Assembly (NCBI GenBank): GCA_034780895.1
Contig: JAUZTB010000027.1
Span: forward strand, 34,065,109-34,129,108
Length of the DNA: 64,000 nucleotides
Direction: 5' to 3'
DNA from: Rhynchobatus australiae
Lineage: Eukaryota
The notes under the pieces are model-generated. The model was not told the origin of the DNA. It saw only the letters and a program-made list of their open reading frames with translations, and did no database searches. The position numbers and the translations under genes were made by a program. This document shows, in pieces, positions 60,406 through 64,000 of this stretch; the stretch's first letter is position 1; every line of letters begins with the position of its first letter.

Positions 60406-63034
60406 TGGAATTTGATGTTAATGATTTTTCCCTATGTGCACCCTTCATGTTACTACAGAAATGTCTCGTCTGGTATATTCCCATGCTGTAATAAATGATT
60501 GACCACTGATCAGTAGGATATACACTTGTTTGGATGATCAGAATTTGGCACCATTTTGTATGGTTGTGAGTATTTCGGCATCTCAGGCCATTTTCCTAAA
60601 TATGCAACAGTTGGGAGTTGCATTTAGTTACTGGAGAATACAGCAGGTCAAAACCAGTACAAATGGGAATACAACTTCCAGGCAGCCAATGGACACACAG
60701 ATATCATTAAATTGACAGCCATAGGCTAATGGCTGAGAAACTTTTAAATGGCGAATTGAATCCATAAGAAAGAACATAGTTCTGAAAGTGAGGTATGTAT
60801 GAAGAATGAGGGGTAGCACTTCACACTGACGATACATCCTCTTTTCCTGTCGGGCTGCTAATACTCATTTCAATAAAGATCCTTAATAGTTATCAAGGAC
60901 TGGAGACTTCCCTCCCATCTGTTCTGCCTGGATTAAACCCAGGTGCCTGAGGTGATAGGACAGTACTCCTATCTGTCCTCGTAAGATACATTGCCAATGC
61001 GCCACTGCAATTGAAATGATAGATCAAAAGGTAAAACAGGTGTAATTCTCCACTTACGTGAATGATGTGGGGCCACGTTACATGACTGATTCACTTTGTC
61101 CGGAAGTATATTAGAGAAGATCTTGGATAGCATCAGAGTAACTCCAGGTTTCCCTCTAGGCCTTTACTTTGTGCCAGTTCCAAGTCTGAAGGCAGCCAAA
61201 CCTTCTCCAGCAGAATTGAGTGTGCACTTCAGAGTAGATCAAGAATAATGGATTTGTCATTTTTATGTGAAGCTTTTTATCCACAAAATGGACTCGGTTC
61301 CAGACTGGCGTTGGACTGAAAGCTGTGCGTTTCAGAGGTATGTCCGTTCTTAGCAGGTACTTCTAATTTAATTCACAAGAACCCTGACTAGAAACAGTTC
61401 AGCTATCAAAAAGTGATTCAGTTTTGCAGATGCAAGAATCTTTTATTCCCCTCCATTTCATTGCTGTAAATCAAACAAAAAAATGTTGCATGTGGGAGGG
61501 TGTAGGTTTTTTTTACTCTTTCTGAACAATCAACTGTAAAAAATGTAGTTGACTTTACTTACCGTTAATTAAGTGACAAATTGTTGCATGGTTGCAAGTT
61601 GGAACCATTTCTGTAGTAACATGAAGGGTTCACATAGGGAAAAATCATTAACATCAAATTCCATTTCACAGCATTATTCACATCTTTACAGTTGCAATGA
61701 ATGTGCCTTTGGTCACAAAATGCTACACTTGTCAACAGCTTATTAATATTAATTCTTTATTTTCATAAAAAATACTTACTTGTCATCTTAAAATTTATGA
61801 GAATTATTATTAAGGATTGCAATACATCTCCTCATGGGACATGTAGTAAAAGAATGCATTAGTTTATTGTTGCCATACATAGCAAAAAAATCCTTTCAGA
61901 TTTGAAAGAGAACTGTTAACACTAGCACATTGCAGTGCTCTGAATTGATTGGAATCAACTCCATTCATAGACATTACCATAGGTAACTGGGTTATCTTGA
62001 CATGGTCTGTAATATATGTTATTGACTGATGCAAGAATTTATGACTAAGAATGGACTTAGTGGGAGGACTGGATGCAAGTCAGATCCTTCAGTTCAAATC
62101 TGCTTGTTTCTTTAATGTTTTTAACAGAATAAATGTTCATTGCTTAGAAAAAAAAACTTTTCTCCTTTGTATTTTTCTGAAACAATATTTCTGCAAGGGG
62201 ATGTTCTCTAGTAACCGGATTAAAGGGATTAGCTAGAAGAAGTGGCTCAAAACCAGTCAATGCAAAGATTTATCAATTGATTTTGAACATCTATTGTGTC
62301 AGGACGAACCATGGGATCAAGCTAGTGGATAATGGCAAACTTAGAACGAACCCCCTCCAGGTTGCTGTCAGTACCGGGACCATAAGATTAAACTGTCAAA
62401 ACATTTCCGCACCTCCAAATTAAAAATGTCATTTTTCAGCTTGCGCCTTGCAAAATTATGAAAATATTCATCTGGATATTATGATTTAGAGCAAAGACAA
62501 TGATTTTTGCTTTAGAACTCAATGGAGAATAGTCAATGTTGTTGGAAATCAATTCTATTTTCTTACCAAGCCATCAGTCTTGACAACATCAAGTGCACCT
62601 GCATTAAAATTGTCTGCAGTCATTTTTGAAATGAATGAGTAAAACAAAATAAGTTAAACACCATCAAAATAGATTACCTACTCATTCCTCCTGTTGCTTT
62701 TCAGGGGACTTTGACAAATTAGCTGCTATGATATCTTGTATTAGAACAGAATCTTTATTCAGAAGAACTGTTTTTTTTCTGAGAAGCTTTAGAGGACACC
62801 TGAAGGTGACGAAAAGCACTGTATTGGAGCAACTCCTTTCTTTCTCTTTTTTGTGGAGCAATTTGNNNNNNNNNNNNNNNNNNNNNNNNNNNNNNNNNNN
62901 NNNNNNNNNNNNNNNNNNNNNNNNNNNNNNNNNNNNNNCAGAGTGAAAAACATATCACTTTTCCTATAATTTAATAAAAATAATGTTAGACAAACCACAG
63001 TCTCTCCCTACCAATTATATCCCCCTCAAGCAAT

Positions 63035-63450
63035 GAACAAACTGCTGGAGGAATTCAGCAGGTCGAGCAGCATCTGAGGAGAAAAAGGAATTATCGATGT
63101 TTTGGGTCGAGACCATACATCAGGATCCCCGACCAATACATCAGGATCCCCCACAGATGCCGCTCAGCCCAATGAGTTCCTCCGGTACTTTGTTTTTTGC
63201 TCCAGGTTCTGCAGCCAAAAAATAATATTCTCAGAAAATGAAGATCAAAATCTGCAGATGCCTGAAATCTGTAATAGAGACTGAAAATTCTGGAAACGTT
63301 TTGCAGGTCAGGCAGTATCTGTGGAAAGAGAAACATTTAACATTTCAGCCTCAAGGTTGTGATGAAGTGTTTTGGAATGAAACATCAGCTGTTTCTCTTT
63401 CCATAGATGCTTCCTGATCTTCTGAATGTTTCCAGCATTTTCTGTTTTTA
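63035..63450. mobile_element. Two adjacent palindromic Penelope-type repeat units (63035-63215 and 63240-63450)
   Basis: Unit 1 arms ctgctggaggaattcagcaggtcgagcagcatctg and cagatgccgctcagcccaatgagttcctccgg. Unit 2 arms caggtcaggcagtatctgtggaaagagaaaca and tgtttctctttccatagatgcttcctgatct. Confidence 0.65.
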
Positions 63451-64000
63451 TTTAATATTCTCAGAAAAGATAATTTCCCAGATATATAGACAAAAATCAG
63501 CTTTGTATCTTTGAGTACCATAGGTCCAGTCATGCATCTGTTTGCAAAGAAGTATTCGCAGGTAAGTTGTACCAGGCCATGTTCTTGCTCTCTTATTCCA
63601 GCAGTGCTGGTCCACCTGGTGTCTGTAGGAGCAGACTTGGGAAGAGAGACACAGCAGTTTTAAAACAGTGACTGAAAAATAAAAGGAACTTAAAAGAACA
63701 TGCTCAATGATTCTATAATTTCAAACTGCATTTCCCAATGTGAGCAGCAAAATATTGCTTTCATTGATGCAAGTGATTAGCTTTCAACACTGTAAAGCCG
63801 AGTTATTATTCTGTTTTATATCATAATGCAATCACCAGAAGTGTAAAATGGCAGGCTGTTTCCTACTCGTTCTATTTTATTAAGTCTGTTTTACATCATA
63901 TTAATCTAGGGCTGAGTAATGTTTCCAGTTGGTCATCAACTGTCACTAATTCCAGTTTTAGACACTTGGATTAAAGAATTGGATTCTGAGAAGGAAAGTG

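Noticed and set aside
1-64000. CRISPR arrays, operons, rRNA or other prokaryotic/viral systems
   Set aside because: No regularly spaced repeats and no dense ORFs. A spliced homeobox gene plus vertebrate SINEs/LINEs and non-coding DNA account for the window.

Overview
Vertebrate genomic DNA, most likely a cartilaginous fish (shark/ray), inferred from the SINE/LINE repertoire. It comes from a gapped draft assembly with many N runs. There is one protein-coding gene, Iroquois homeobox 3 (irx3), on the minus strand. It has 4 coding exons (25403-25191, 24644-23633, 22968-22902, 22682-22628), all introns are GT-AG with matching phases, and it encodes 448 aa with a TALE homeodomain, acidic tract and IRO box. 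The gene lies in a ~16 kb CpG-rich domain (~17.4-33.8 kb) with no recognisable transposons and several blocks that look like conserved non-coding enhancers (PBX-HOX/MEIS, HOX/CDX, RBPJ motifs). The flanks are gene desert with decayed CR1, L2-like and RTE LINEs, V-SINEs, Deu-domain SINEs and Penelope-type repeats. The Penelope-type copies form hairpins and carry decayed hammerhead-ribozyme-like cores. I found no prokaryotic-type system and no convincingly new gene system. The best leads are the regulatory blocks, an in-frame uORF just upstream of irx3, and the ribozyme-like inverted repeats. Repeat family names and conservation claims come from recall, not database searches, and repeat and enhancer boundaries are approximate.
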